A DNA stretch of 64,000 nt from Cyanophyceae cyanobacterium (lineage in GTDB: Bacteria; Cyanobacteriota; Cyanobacteriia; Cyanobacteriales; JBHJGN01): assembly GCA_050331735.1 (NCBI GenBank), contig JBHJGN010000001.1, positions 37,869-101,868 of the forward strand, written 5' to 3'. Shown piece by piece: positions 49,108 to 57,835 of this stretch. The notes under the pieces are model-generated. The model did no database searches, was not told the origin of the DNA, and saw only the letters and a program-made list of their open reading frames with translations. How positions within the stretch are numbered: the first letter of the stretch is position 1; each line of letters starts with the position of its first letter. Both the position numbers and the translations under genes were made by a program.

Positions 49108-50013
49108 CTACTCGCCGCCGAGCAACCCTTCTTGCTCTAAAAACTCGCGGGCCACCTCATCCGGCTCGCGTCCGTTCCCCGCTACTTCCCAGTTGAGCCG
49201 CTGCATCGTATCCGCATCGAGCACCGCCGCTACCTCATTGAGTCGCTCTGCTACTTCAGGATGCTCTGCTAAGGTATCTTGACGCACGAAAGCAGCAGCC
49301 GGGTAGGGAGGCCAAAAGTTTTTATCGTCTTCTAACACTACTAAATCGTAGGCAGCAATCTGTCCATCGGTGCCATACCCGCTAGTCACGTCGATTTCAC
49401 CTTCTTCTAGCCCAGAGTACAGCAGCCCTGGATCGAGGGTAACCACTTCTTCAAAATTGAAGCCGCCGTAGGTAGTTTGTAGTCCAGGCAAACCATCACC
49501 GCGCTCAGCAAACTCGAGATCGACTCCCAGGGTCAAATCGCTAGCTTTCTGCGAGAGTTCGCTAACGGTTTCTACGCCTAACTCGTTAGCCAAATCTTTA
49601 GGCATCACCAGAGCATAGGTATTATTGAAAGAAGTTGGCTCCAGCACAGCAACATCATACTCTTCTGCGTAGGTCTCTTTGACAACGTTGTAAACTTCTT
49701 CTCTCGTCATCTCGGGGTCAAATTCCTGACCAAGAATCGAAATCAGCGCCGTGCCCGTATATTCTGGATACACATCAATATCGCCTTCCACTAAAGCCGA
49801 ATGATTTTCATCGGTTTGACCAATGGGGGTATATTCAGCATCAAATCCGGCATCATCTAAAACCATCTCGTACATATTGCCGAGAAGATATTGTTCTGTA
49901 AAAGATTTAGAGCCTATTTTAATTTCGTCGCCTGAGCCACCACCGCCGCAAGCCGTCGTTAAGCTAATCGAGGCTAAACCTAAAACCCCTAGAACTATTT
50001 GTCGCTTAAGCAT
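49108..50013 (-). CDS. glycine betaine/choline-type ABC transporter substrate-binding lipoprotein (OpuAC family)
   Basis: Lipobox LTTAC. DVYPEYTGTAL motif typical of OpuBC/OpuCC-type binding proteins. No permease or ATPase gene adjacent. Confidence 0.8.
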   Translation of the reverse strand: MLKRQIVLGVLGLASISLTTACGGGGSGDEIKIGSKSFTEQYLLGNMYEMVLDDAGFDAEYTPIGQTDENHSALVEGDIDVYPEYTGTALISILGQEFDPEMTREEVYNVVKETYAEEYDVAVLEPTSFNNTYALVMPKDLANELGVETVSELSQKASDLTLGVDLEFAERGDGLPGLQTTYGGFNFEEVVTLDPGLLYSGLEEGEIDVTSGYGTDGQIAAYDLVVLEDDKNFWPPYPAAAFVRQDTLAEHPEVAERLNEVAAVLDADTMQRLNWEVAGNGREPDEVAREFLEQEGLLGGE

Positions 50014-50410
50014 TCTTCTTTCCTCTTAACTTGACGCTGGTACTGTAGCCACATAAATACTGCCTGTCGTGAAAACTAGTATAGATCGTCAACAGCGACT
50101 CGTTATCGATCGTTAATTGCTGAGTGTTTAGTAGAAGCTGGAGTCGAACAAGGAAGAGTTGCTCCCGAAACCTTGAACAACTTAGCCTATCTCAACGCTG
50201 TCGACCTGCATTTAAACACTCTGACTAATACTCGGTAAGCCCCAATACTCAAAAAAAGCGTTGAATCTGACTGCCGTTTTAATAACTTCTTGCTACTGTT
50301 ATCCCAGCGTTGACCATACTAGGATTTTTTAATGGCTCCAAAAAAAATTCATGGCTGGCTATCCTAGCCCAAACGAAACTATAGTGAGGAGAGGGTGATG
50401 GCGGATAATT

Positions 50411-50983
50411 ATGTTGAACTTATTAGACAAAAAGCAGTTTTGGTCTTCTCCACAACGACGCTCATTGGCCTATTTACTCGGGCTGACTTCAGCCGTTGCC
50501 CTCTGTAGCTCGGGGATGCTATTGCCGTTACCTCAAGGTTGGGCCGGAATTTTGTTAGGCAGTTCTAAGCAAGCGCAAGCTTCCCCGCATCGTCCAATGA
50601 CTCTAAAATCGTCTGCTCCCCAAAGCATTCAGCAATTAATAGAAAAACAGGCTAGAGGCTGGGAAAACGCCGACTCGAAGTCTATTATTGAGGATTTTGC
50701 TGAAGAAGCTCTCTTTGTTGTTCCCGGCTCTGTCTTTAAGGGCAGATCAGCTATTAAAGCCGCCGCAGAAGACTATTTTTCTCAGTTTTCTCAAACTCAA
50801 ATTACTATCGACCGTATTGTGGTAAGCGGCAATGAAGGAGTTGTGGAATGGCGCTGGAGCGATGTTAATGACCGAACGGGAGAGAAAACCTTGGCTGACG
50901 ATGCCATTGTCTTTGAACTAGAAGACGGCAAGATTAAGTATTGGCGCGAGTATATTGATACTCAGTCGCCTGCTCAAGAATAA
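50411..50983 (+). CDS. secreted SnoaL-like / NTF2-fold protein
   Basis: 190 aa. Signal-like N-terminus. The C-terminal ~125 aa has the NTF2/ketosteroid-isomerase-like pattern (W...D...I...F.E.A.F...G....G..AI......F). Confidence 0.55.
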   Translation: MLNLLDKKQFWSSPQRRSLAYLLGLTSAVALCSSGMLLPLPQGWAGILLGSSKQAQASPHRPMTLKSSAPQSIQQLIEKQARGWENADSKSIIEDFAEEALFVVPGSVFKGRSAIKAAAEDYFSQFSQTQITIDRIVVSGNEGVVEWRWSDVNDRTGEKTLADDAIVFELEDGKIKYWREYIDTQSPAQE

Positions 50984-51219
50984 GCAAGACTTTTGAATCT
51001 GATTAAACGGAGTCTACCCGAGCTGGCGGGCTAGATGCTGATCGCTTTTGTCTGGCTGACACTTTGTTTAGCTCCTGCTCAGAGAATACGCTCAAAAAAA
51101 CAAGAGTTTGTCCTGATCAAGCAGTACTGCACTAGCGAAGCTTTCCCTTGCAAAGGACAAGTTGACCAATTTACTATATTGAGCAGACAGTAATTCCATT
51201 CAGAGTTTTAAAAAGTATC

Positions 51220-51765
51220 ATGGCAGAAGAAAATTCCTCTAACGCAGAATCGCCAAAAACTGACGACAAGACGGCTGAAACGACCGCTAAGAAACAGGCT
51301 GGAACCGATGATTCTACAGCTAATAAACCTGCTACTAAACCAGCCGCTAAGAAACCATCTACCAAGGGCGGCAAGAAGGAGAAGCCTCCTGCTATTGAAG
51401 ACAAACCTTTTACAGAATTTGTTGAGCAACACTTTGTCCCTGCTCTTAAAGAGGCTTTTGCCGAACAGGGAGTCGAGGAGATTGACTTAAATTTTCTCAA
51501 GCAAAACCTCCCCAGCACCGTTATTAACTCTGACGAACAGTGCTGGCAAGTAACGGGTAACTGGCAAAATGGACAGCGCCAGTTTATTCTGTATTTTCTG
51601 GAGGAAGATATCAAAGGGCCAAAGGCGTTTACTTATGCCACCAATGGTTCTGCCCCAAGCACCATTGAATCATTTATGATTGACGAGCGTAAAGTCAATT
51701 TGGATTTGTTAGTTCTGTATACCCTCCAGCGTCTCAACGGGCAAAAGTGGCTGGTGCGAAATTAA
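51220..51765 (+). CDS. DUF2996 domain protein
   Basis: 181 aa. Lys/Ala/Thr-rich N-terminus then KPPAIEDKPFTEFVEQHFVPALKEAF, which I recall as the DUF2996 signature. Confidence 0.55.
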   Translation: MAEENSSNAESPKTDDKTAETTAKKQAGTDDSTANKPATKPAAKKPSTKGGKKEKPPAIEDKPFTEFVEQHFVPALKEAFAEQGVEEIDLNFLKQNLPSTVINSDEQCWQVTGNWQNGQRQFILYFLEEDIKGPKAFTYATNGSAPSTIESFMIDERKVNLDLLVLYTLQRLNGQKWLVRN

Positions 51766-51847
51766 GGAGACGGCTGTATCCGAGCGCACTCTTTGCCTTG
51801 AGATTGCTTCTGTCTCTAAAATAACGCGGTTCCTGAGTGAAACCGAA

Positions 51848-52351
51848 TTAAAGCTCGAAGAAATCGTAAACAACGACTCCGGTATCCGAGTGATTGCCCA
51901 CGCCGATATAGCCTTTTGTCAGCATCTCGTTGAGAGTCTGCTGAACTTCCTCAAAGCTTCCCCCGGTATCGATCACTCCTTGAGTCACAGAAAGTTTGCC
52001 GCCCCGTTTTTGAGCCGCTCGCGCTAGCTCGACCATAAGCTGTTCCTGGCGAGGTAGCTGAACAGGACTCTGGGACGAAGCGGGCTGGAAAGGTTCTTGG
52101 ACCTGAGCTGTTCCATAGCTTTGAGGAATGCCCGTTGAGGATAGACCGAGACGCTGCCGCACTCTGAGGTTGTGCTCGTCAACCATGCTGGGAATCAGCA
52201 GCAAATCAACAAGTTGACCGACTCCAAAAAGCCCCCAGGTGCAAAACCACAAAAATCCGCTGAGAAATTTCCGATTGTAGATGCGATGAAATCCAGCAAA
52301 ACCTAAAAGCCAACAGAGCCAGAGTAGATAACTAGTGCTAGAACGATTCAT
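51848..52351 (-). CDS. TM2 domain-containing protein
   Basis: The N-terminal YLLWLCWLLGFAGFHRIYNRKF..GFLWFCTWGLFGVGQLVDLLLIP is the TM2 two-helix motif. Confidence 0.7.
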   Translation of the reverse strand: MNRSSTSYLLWLCWLLGFAGFHRIYNRKFLSGFLWFCTWGLFGVGQLVDLLLIPSMVDEHNLRVRQRLGLSSTGIPQSYGTAQVQEPFQPASSQSPVQLPRQEQLMVELARAAQKRGGKLSVTQGVIDTGGSFEEVQQTLNEMLTKGYIGVGNHSDTGVVVYDFFEL

Positions 52352-52545
52352 TGTTAATGAACGAGAAAGGGCTGTTGTCGCAGTTAGAAAAATTGGTAAG
52401 CAGCTTCAGGACACAGAACGTCTTAACATAGATGAAAGGCTGCTTGTACTTTAGTTTATATTCTAAGTCTTTCTTTTCTGTTAGAGATTCTAGAAAACAG
52501 AGAAGGTTGAGGGGTCTTAACTTATTTTCATATAGCTAGTTGACC

Positions 52546-52932
52546 ATGCAGGTATTTGTTTTACTGTTTAACGCCCAAACCGAAAACGAAGGGATTCATA
52601 CCGTTCAATCGGGCGAACACAACAAAGTATTGATGTTTGAATCAGAGGACGATGCAACTCGTTTTGCCCTGTTGCTCGAAGCGCAAGATTTCCCGACTCC
52701 GACCGTTGAAGCCATTGATTCTAAAGACGTAGAAGAGTTTTGTCTTGGGGCTGGTTACGAGTGTGAACTGATTCGAGAAGGAATGTTAGTTATTCCACCA
52801 GAGGCCAACGTTGAAAAAACCGACTGTTCTACTGAAGCAGACGCCCAGACCGCAGAAGCGACAGTCGATGAATCAGAATTAAGCAACGAGCAGCTCGAGC
52901 AAATTCGTCGTCAGTTAGAAGGGCTACTCTAG
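52546..52932 (+). CDS. DUF3110 domain protein
   Basis: MQVFVLLFNAQTENEGIHT....NKVLMFESEDDATRFALLLEAQDF. The track ORF starts two codons earlier at TTG 52540. Confidence 0.55.
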   Translation: MQVFVLLFNAQTENEGIHTVQSGEHNKVLMFESEDDATRFALLLEAQDFPTPTVEAIDSKDVEEFCLGAGYECELIREGMLVIPPEANVEKTDCSTEADAQTAEATVDESELSNEQLEQIRRQLEGLL

Positions 52933-52969
52933 TCTGACCAAGGCATTCGAGCAGCAAAAGTGAGGTAGG

Positions 52970-53887
52970 ATGAATATAGACAGAGGTCATCTGCTCACGG
53001 AGCAGATTAATCCCAACAGCCACAATCTCGATCGGCTCACTGCGCTAGAGTTAGTCGAACTATTCAACCGCGAGGACGCGCACACAATCGAGGCCATTGC
53101 TCATGCTAAAGAGGCTCTGGCTGAAGCGATTGAGGCGATCGCTTGCGCTCTGCGCCGGGGAGGACGTTTATTCTATGTGGGGGCTGGAACCAGCGGACGC
53201 TTGGGGGTTTTGGATGCAGCAGAATGTCCGCCAACCTTCTGTACCCCTCCTGAAATGGTGCAGGGAATGATTGCCGGGGGAGCCGCGTCTTTAGTGAAAA
53301 GCTCAGAAAGTTTGGAGGACCGCGCTGAAGATGGAGCCGCAGAAATCGAGCAGCGACAGATTACGGACTCCGATGTTGTCGTCGGCATTAGCGCTGGCGG
53401 CACTACCCCATTTGTGCGGGGAGCCGTGGAGGCTGCCAAGGAACGCGGAGCGACAACGATTTACATTAGCTGCGTTCCTGTGGCCCAGGTCAGCCATCGC
53501 GCCGACATTGATATTCGCCTGCTCGTCGGACCGGAAGTATTAGCCGGGTCTACGCGCCTCAAAGCCGGAACCGCGACAAAAATGGCCCTCAACATTCTGT
53601 CAACGGGAGTGATGGTGCGTTTAGGGAAAGTGTACGGCAACCGCATGGTAGATGTTTCCGTGACCAACAGCAAGCTGCGCGATCGCGCTCTGCGCATTCT
53701 GCAAGAGCTGACAGAGCTCGACCGCCCAGCAGCCGAACACCTGCTCGAGCGCAGCGGACTGCGGGTGAAGCTGGCGCTGCTGATGCACTGGTGCCATCTC
53801 GACGCTAGCCGAGGCGATCGCCTACTCCAGGAGCATGGTGGCAATCTACGCGCGGCTTTACAAGCTCAGCGGAGTCATGAGAATTAG
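52970..53887 (+). CDS. murQ: N-acetylmuramic acid 6-phosphate etherase
   Basis: SIS domain GAGTSGRLGVLDA.ECPPTF, ISAGGTTPFV, TRLKAGTATKM.LN. Confidence 0.88.
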   Translation: MNIDRGHLLTEQINPNSHNLDRLTALELVELFNREDAHTIEAIAHAKEALAEAIEAIACALRRGGRLFYVGAGTSGRLGVLDAAECPPTFCTPPEMVQGMIAGGAASLVKSSESLEDRAEDGAAEIEQRQITDSDVVVGISAGGTTPFVRGAVEAAKERGATTIYISCVPVAQVSHRADIDIRLLVGPEVLAGSTRLKAGTATKMALNILSTGVMVRLGKVYGNRMVDVSVTNSKLRDRALRILQELTELDRPAAEHLLERSGLRVKLALLMHWCHLDASRGDRLLQEHGGNLRAALQAQRSHEN

Positions 53888-53941
53888 TAACTATTCTGAT
53901 TGAGCCTTCCGCTCTTAGCAACCACCATACCAGCAAAAACC

Positions 53942-55423
53942 ATGTTTAACGGATCGCAGTCAACAGCAGTGCTTTTCATTCTCCTCGTCGTCGCCATTCA
54001 GGTCTGGGGCTTTAACCGCGCGCGAGCCTACGGCAAGCCAGGCATCTTAGCCTGGCTCCAGTCTGTTGTTCTGTTAGCCCCTTGGGTGGTTTTCTTTGGC
54101 CTACTGGCTGCCGGAATTTATATTAATATTGTGGGCATTATCTTTTTGCTGGTGGCCTCAGCAGGAGCCTACATTTGGATCGGTAGACAGGTGAGGACAG
54201 CCGGTCAAGAGCGTCTGAAAGAACAGGCTGTACATGAACCCACAGCAGAACTGCCACAGCCTCCCACCGAAGCAGAAACAGTCGCTCCTGAGTCGGAAGT
54301 ACCGCCGATTGATGCGGGCGATCTCAAGCTGATTCAAGGAATTTTTGGGATCGATACCTTTTTTGCCACTGAAACCATCGCCTATCAAGAAGGGGCAATT
54401 TTTAAAGGTAATCTGCGGGGAGACCCCGAGACCGTTCATTCCCGTCTTTCGGCTAAGCTTCAACAACTCTGGGCAGACAAATATCACCTGTTTCTGGTAG
54501 AAAGCCCAGAAGGCAAGCCAGTCGTGATTGTGCTTCCCAGCAGCAACGGTCCTCAGCCCGCTACCCTGGCTCAAAAAAACTTGGCGCTGGTGCTGCTAGT
54601 GGCAACGGTGGCAACCACTCTAGAAGCGGGTGGTTTACTGCTAGGCTTCGACTGGTTTAGCGAACTGGGACGGTATCAAGAAGCCCTGCCCCTGAGCCTA
54701 GGACTGTGGAGTATCCTCCTCGCCCACGAACTCGGCCATTTTTTCGTAGCCAAGCGTTATCAGGTACGCCTGAGCCTCCCCTATTTTCTCCCTAGCTGGC
54801 AAATCGGTTCGTTTGGAGCGATCGCTCGCTTTGAGTCACTGCTCCCCCATCGCACCGCTCTCTTTGATATCGCTTTAGCGGGTCCAGCCTGCGGCGGCAT
54901 CGTTTCCCTCGTCCTCTTTGTGATCGGCTTGCTGCTGTCCCGTTCAGGAAGTTTGTTTCAAGTGCCGACCCAATTATTTCAGGGATCGATTTTAGTCGGA
55001 GGATTGGCGCGAGCTGTTTTAGGGTCCGCCTTAGAAAAAACGCTGGTCGATCTGCATCCGCTGACGGTGATCGGCTGGCTCGGTCTGGTGATTACGGCTT
55101 TAAATCTCCTGCCTGCGGGCCAGCTCGATGGCGGGCGCATTCTTCAGGCCATTTATGGACGCAAAGTGACCAGGCGCGCAACAATCGCTACCCTCGTCGC
55201 CCTCGGCATTGTGGCGCTGATCAATCCGAATAACCCGATTCCCCTCTACTGGGGCATTGTGATTCTGTTTTTGCAAAGAGACTTAGAAAGACCGAGCCTC
55301 AACGAACTCACCGAACCCGATGATGCCAGAGCTGCCTGGGGATTACTGGCCCTCTTCCTGATGCTCGCGACGCTCATTCCTCTCAGTCCAAGTTTAGCGG
55401 GTCGTCTGGGGATTGGAGGCTAG
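53942..55423 (+). CDS. site-2 protease family (M50) membrane metalloprotease
   Basis: HELGH (HExxH) within a TM helix. Second motif NLLPAGQLDGGRI. Polytopic. The track ORF starts at TTG 53900, first ATG at 53942. Confidence 0.8.
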   Translation: MFNGSQSTAVLFILLVVAIQVWGFNRARAYGKPGILAWLQSVVLLAPWVVFFGLLAAGIYINIVGIIFLLVASAGAYIWIGRQVRTAGQERLKEQAVHEPTAELPQPPTEAETVAPESEVPPIDAGDLKLIQGIFGIDTFFATETIAYQEGAIFKGNLRGDPETVHSRLSAKLQQLWADKYHLFLVESPEGKPVVIVLPSSNGPQPATLAQKNLALVLLVATVATTLEAGGLLLGFDWFSELGRYQEALPLSLGLWSILLAHELGHFFVAKRYQVRLSLPYFLPSWQIGSFGAIARFESLLPHRTALFDIALAGPACGGIVSLVLFVIGLLLSRSGSLFQVPTQLFQGSILVGGLARAVLGSALEKTLVDLHPLTVIGWLGLVITALNLLPAGQLDGGRILQAIYGRKVTRRATIATLVALGIVALINPNNPIPLYWGIVILFLQRDLERPSLNELTEPDDARAAWGLLALFLMLATLIPLSPSLAGRLGIGG

Positions 55424-55465
55424 AAACAGTGACCAGTGGCCCATCAACAATCAACAATTAACAGC
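55424..55465. repeat. heptamer-periodic tract (AAACAGT GACCAGT GGCCCAT CAACAAT CAACAAT TAACAGC)
   Basis: Begins immediately after the M50 protease stop codon (TAG 55421-55423) and ends 5 nt before the next ATG. Confidence 0.65.
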
Positions 55466-55470
55466 ATTCA

Positions 55471-56592
55471 ATGACCCCGGAAATTTCAACGGTAGATGTG
55501 TTGCAGCTCGCTTCTGGCGATCGCCTACAGATTCAGATATACCAGTTTAAGGGAGCGCAGCCGGGCAAGAAAGCCTACCTCCAGGCTAATCTTCACGGAG
55601 CGGAAATCGTTGGCAATGCGGTGATTGAGCGTCTGATTCAGTTTTTAGGAACTTTAACGGCTGAACAGCTCGTTGGGGAAATTTGGCTAGTTCCGGCGTG
55701 TAACCCTGTGAGCACCAATCAGCGCTCTCACTTCTTCTCAACGGGGCGCTACAATAGCTACGATGGCAAAGACTGGAACCGCATTTGGGACTATGAAGCA
55801 GGGGACATTCAAACTTTTGCTCAAGCTCACCTCGATTTAGATCCAGAAGAGATTAGAACCCGGTATCTATCTCAGCTCAAAGGCATCTTTCAACAGCAAT
55901 TAGCAGACATTCAGCGCCCGAGCAGCGTTGAGTATGGTCAGTACTTCCGCTTCCAGCTTCAGTCGCTCTGTTTAGATGCTAACTACGTCATCGATCTGCA
56001 TAGCTCTAGCAACCACGGCATTGACTATCTTTACTGCTTTCACAGTCGCGAAGCCAGCGCTCCGTATTTGCTCCTGGAGTACGGCATTTTGATGAAGGAG
56101 TACGATGGCATTTCCTTTGATGAAGCGTTTATGAAGCCGTGGTTAGAGTTAGAAGCCCAGTTCGCTCAGTTGGGCCACCCGGTTCGGTTTGATGTTGAAT
56201 CGTGGACTTTGGAGCTCGGGACAGGCATGCAGCTTAATCCTATATCGGTGGACAAGGGAGTGGCTGGGATTAAGAACTATCTGATTTACAAAGGAATGCT
56301 CGCCATCGCTGATTCTCATCCCTTAGCTTCAACCGCCATCACGCTGGTTGAAAAGAGTAGGCTGAAGAAGTATTACGCGCCCACTGGCGGCATGATTCAG
56401 CATAGAGTCCCGCTTAGGAAGACTGTTCAGGCTGGAGAAAAACTTTACCAAATTCTCAGATTTTCCCTAGGGCAGTTGCCAATCGTCGTGGACGTTTGTG
56501 CCGAGCAAGATGGCTTAGTCTACGATGTTTCTACTAACGAAGCCGTCAATCAAGGAGAATACGTTTTGTCTATGATGAATGCCAGGAATTAA
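55471..56592 (+). CDS. succinylglutamate desuccinylase/aspartoacylase family (M14-like) protein
   Basis: 373 aa. N-terminal zinc-site pattern YLQANLHGAEIVGN, and DLHSS later in the sequence. Confidence 0.65.
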   Translation: MTPEISTVDVLQLASGDRLQIQIYQFKGAQPGKKAYLQANLHGAEIVGNAVIERLIQFLGTLTAEQLVGEIWLVPACNPVSTNQRSHFFSTGRYNSYDGKDWNRIWDYEAGDIQTFAQAHLDLDPEEIRTRYLSQLKGIFQQQLADIQRPSSVEYGQYFRFQLQSLCLDANYVIDLHSSSNHGIDYLYCFHSREASAPYLLLEYGILMKEYDGISFDEAFMKPWLELEAQFAQLGHPVRFDVESWTLELGTGMQLNPISVDKGVAGIKNYLIYKGMLAIADSHPLASTAITLVEKSRLKKYYAPTGGMIQHRVPLRKTVQAGEKLYQILRFSLGQLPIVVDVCAEQDGLVYDVSTNEAVNQGEYVLSMMNARN

Positions 56593-56601
56593 AACTGCAA
56601 A

Positions 56602-57540
56602 GTGGAGCACAGCGATTTGACGGATACAGTTATTCCGATGGCCCCAGAGGGGTTTAAATCCGGATTCGTCGGAATTGTGGGACGACCCAACGTGGGGAAA
56701 TCGACTCTCATGAATCAACTGGTGGGGCAGAAAATCGCCATCACCTCTCCCGTTGCTCAGACGACGCGCAACCGCCTCAGAGGAATTTTGACCACCGACC
56801 GCGCCCAGCTCATCTTTGTCGATACCCCCGGAATCCACAAACCCCACCACGAACTCGGTAAGGTGCTGGTTAAAAACGCCCAGAGAGCGATCGCCTCGGT
56901 GGATGTGGTGCTGTTGGTTGTTGACAGTACCGGGGTTGCCGGAGGCGGCGATCGCTTTATTGTCGATCTGCTCAAGCAGTCTTCTGTTCCGGTGATTCTT
57001 GGTCTCAATAAGTCGGATCTCCAGCCAGCCGAGTATCACCCCATCGATGATACCTATCGGCAAATTGCCGAGGAACACAACTGGTCTATTGTCAAGTTTT
57101 CCGCCTTGACAGGAGCCGGACTAGCATCGCTTCAGCAACTCCTGAGCGACCGTCTCGAACCAGGCCCCTATTACTATCCTCCCGATTTAGTGACTGACCA
57201 GCCAGAGCGGTTTATTATGGGCGAACTGATTCGAGAACAAATCCTGTTGCTGACCCGTCAAGAAATTCCCCATTCAGTCGCCATCACCGTAGAAAAAGTT
57301 GAAGAAACCCCCCGCATTACCCGAGTTTTTGCCGCCATCAACGTTGAAAGAGACTCTCAAAAAGGCATTCTCATTGGTAAAAAAGGCAGTATGCTCAAAG
57401 CCATTGGCACTCAAGCAAGAGAGCAAATGCAAAAGCTCATTGCCGGAGATGTCTATCTTGAGCTATTTGTCAAAGTTCAGCCGAAGTGGAGACAGTCGCG
57501 GTTACGCCTAGCCGAACTCGGCTACCGAGTTGAAGACTAG
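56602..57540 (+). CDS. era: GTPase Era
   Basis: G1 GRPNVGKSTL, G3 DTPGIH, G4 NKSD, C-terminal KH domain. GTG 56602 or ATG 56638 as the start. Confidence 0.92.
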   Translation: MEHSDLTDTVIPMAPEGFKSGFVGIVGRPNVGKSTLMNQLVGQKIAITSPVAQTTRNRLRGILTTDRAQLIFVDTPGIHKPHHELGKVLVKNAQRAIASVDVVLLVVDSTGVAGGGDRFIVDLLKQSSVPVILGLNKSDLQPAEYHPIDDTYRQIAEEHNWSIVKFSALTGAGLASLQQLLSDRLEPGPYYYPPDLVTDQPERFIMGELIREQILLLTRQEIPHSVAITVEKVEETPRITRVFAAINVERDSQKGILIGKKGSMLKAIGTQAREQMQKLIAGDVYLELFVKVQPKWRQSRLRLAELGYRVED

Positions 57541-57761
57541 CGCCGCAGGCGCGGGAAAAGGGGAAAAAGTTGCTCCGCAACGGGGAAAGGGGAAATTATT
57601 GAGCTTATTTCTTAGCTCTGTGTTCTTTTGCTGTCCCGCACCGGACAGATTTCCCCTTCCCCGTCCCAACCGGGACAATTTCCCCTTTTCCCTTTCCCCA
57701 TCGCGGAGCGATTTCCCCCTTCCCCGTCCCAACCGGGACAATTTGCCCGCGCCTGCGGTGC
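57540..57761. repeat. full-length hairpin + G-tract composite repeat (largest copy)
   Basis: Starts on the G of the era stop codon. G-rich arm 57540-57596, core containing CTGTGTTCTTT (57618-57628), C-rich arm 57631-57761. There is an internal direct duplication (57649-57681 / 57711-57745). Terminal hairpins are GCGCC-GCA-GGCGC and GCGCC-TGC-GGTGC. Confidence 0.9.
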
Positions 57762-57835
57762 TTCTTTACCAAAATTAATTATTTAAATGGTATTTCCGGG
57801 CGTAATCCTGGGTACGTTAGCTCTAGCTTCAAGGG

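Noticed and set aside
51174-51614. 146-aa minus-strand ORF overlapping the DUF2996 gene
   Set aside because: The plus-strand frame carries the recognisable KPPAIEDKPFTEFVEQHF signature. The minus ORF is Cys/Ser/Leu-rich with no motif.
57508-57778. Track ORFs 57508..57741 (-) and 57530..57778 (+) encoding Gly/Arg/Lys- or Pro/Phe-rich peptides
   Set aside because: They are translations of the hairpin + G-tract repeat on both strands. They have low-complexity composition, overlap each other in mirror fashion, and show no start context. The same applies to 16406..16645 (+), 2492..2722 (-) and 2342..2620 (+).
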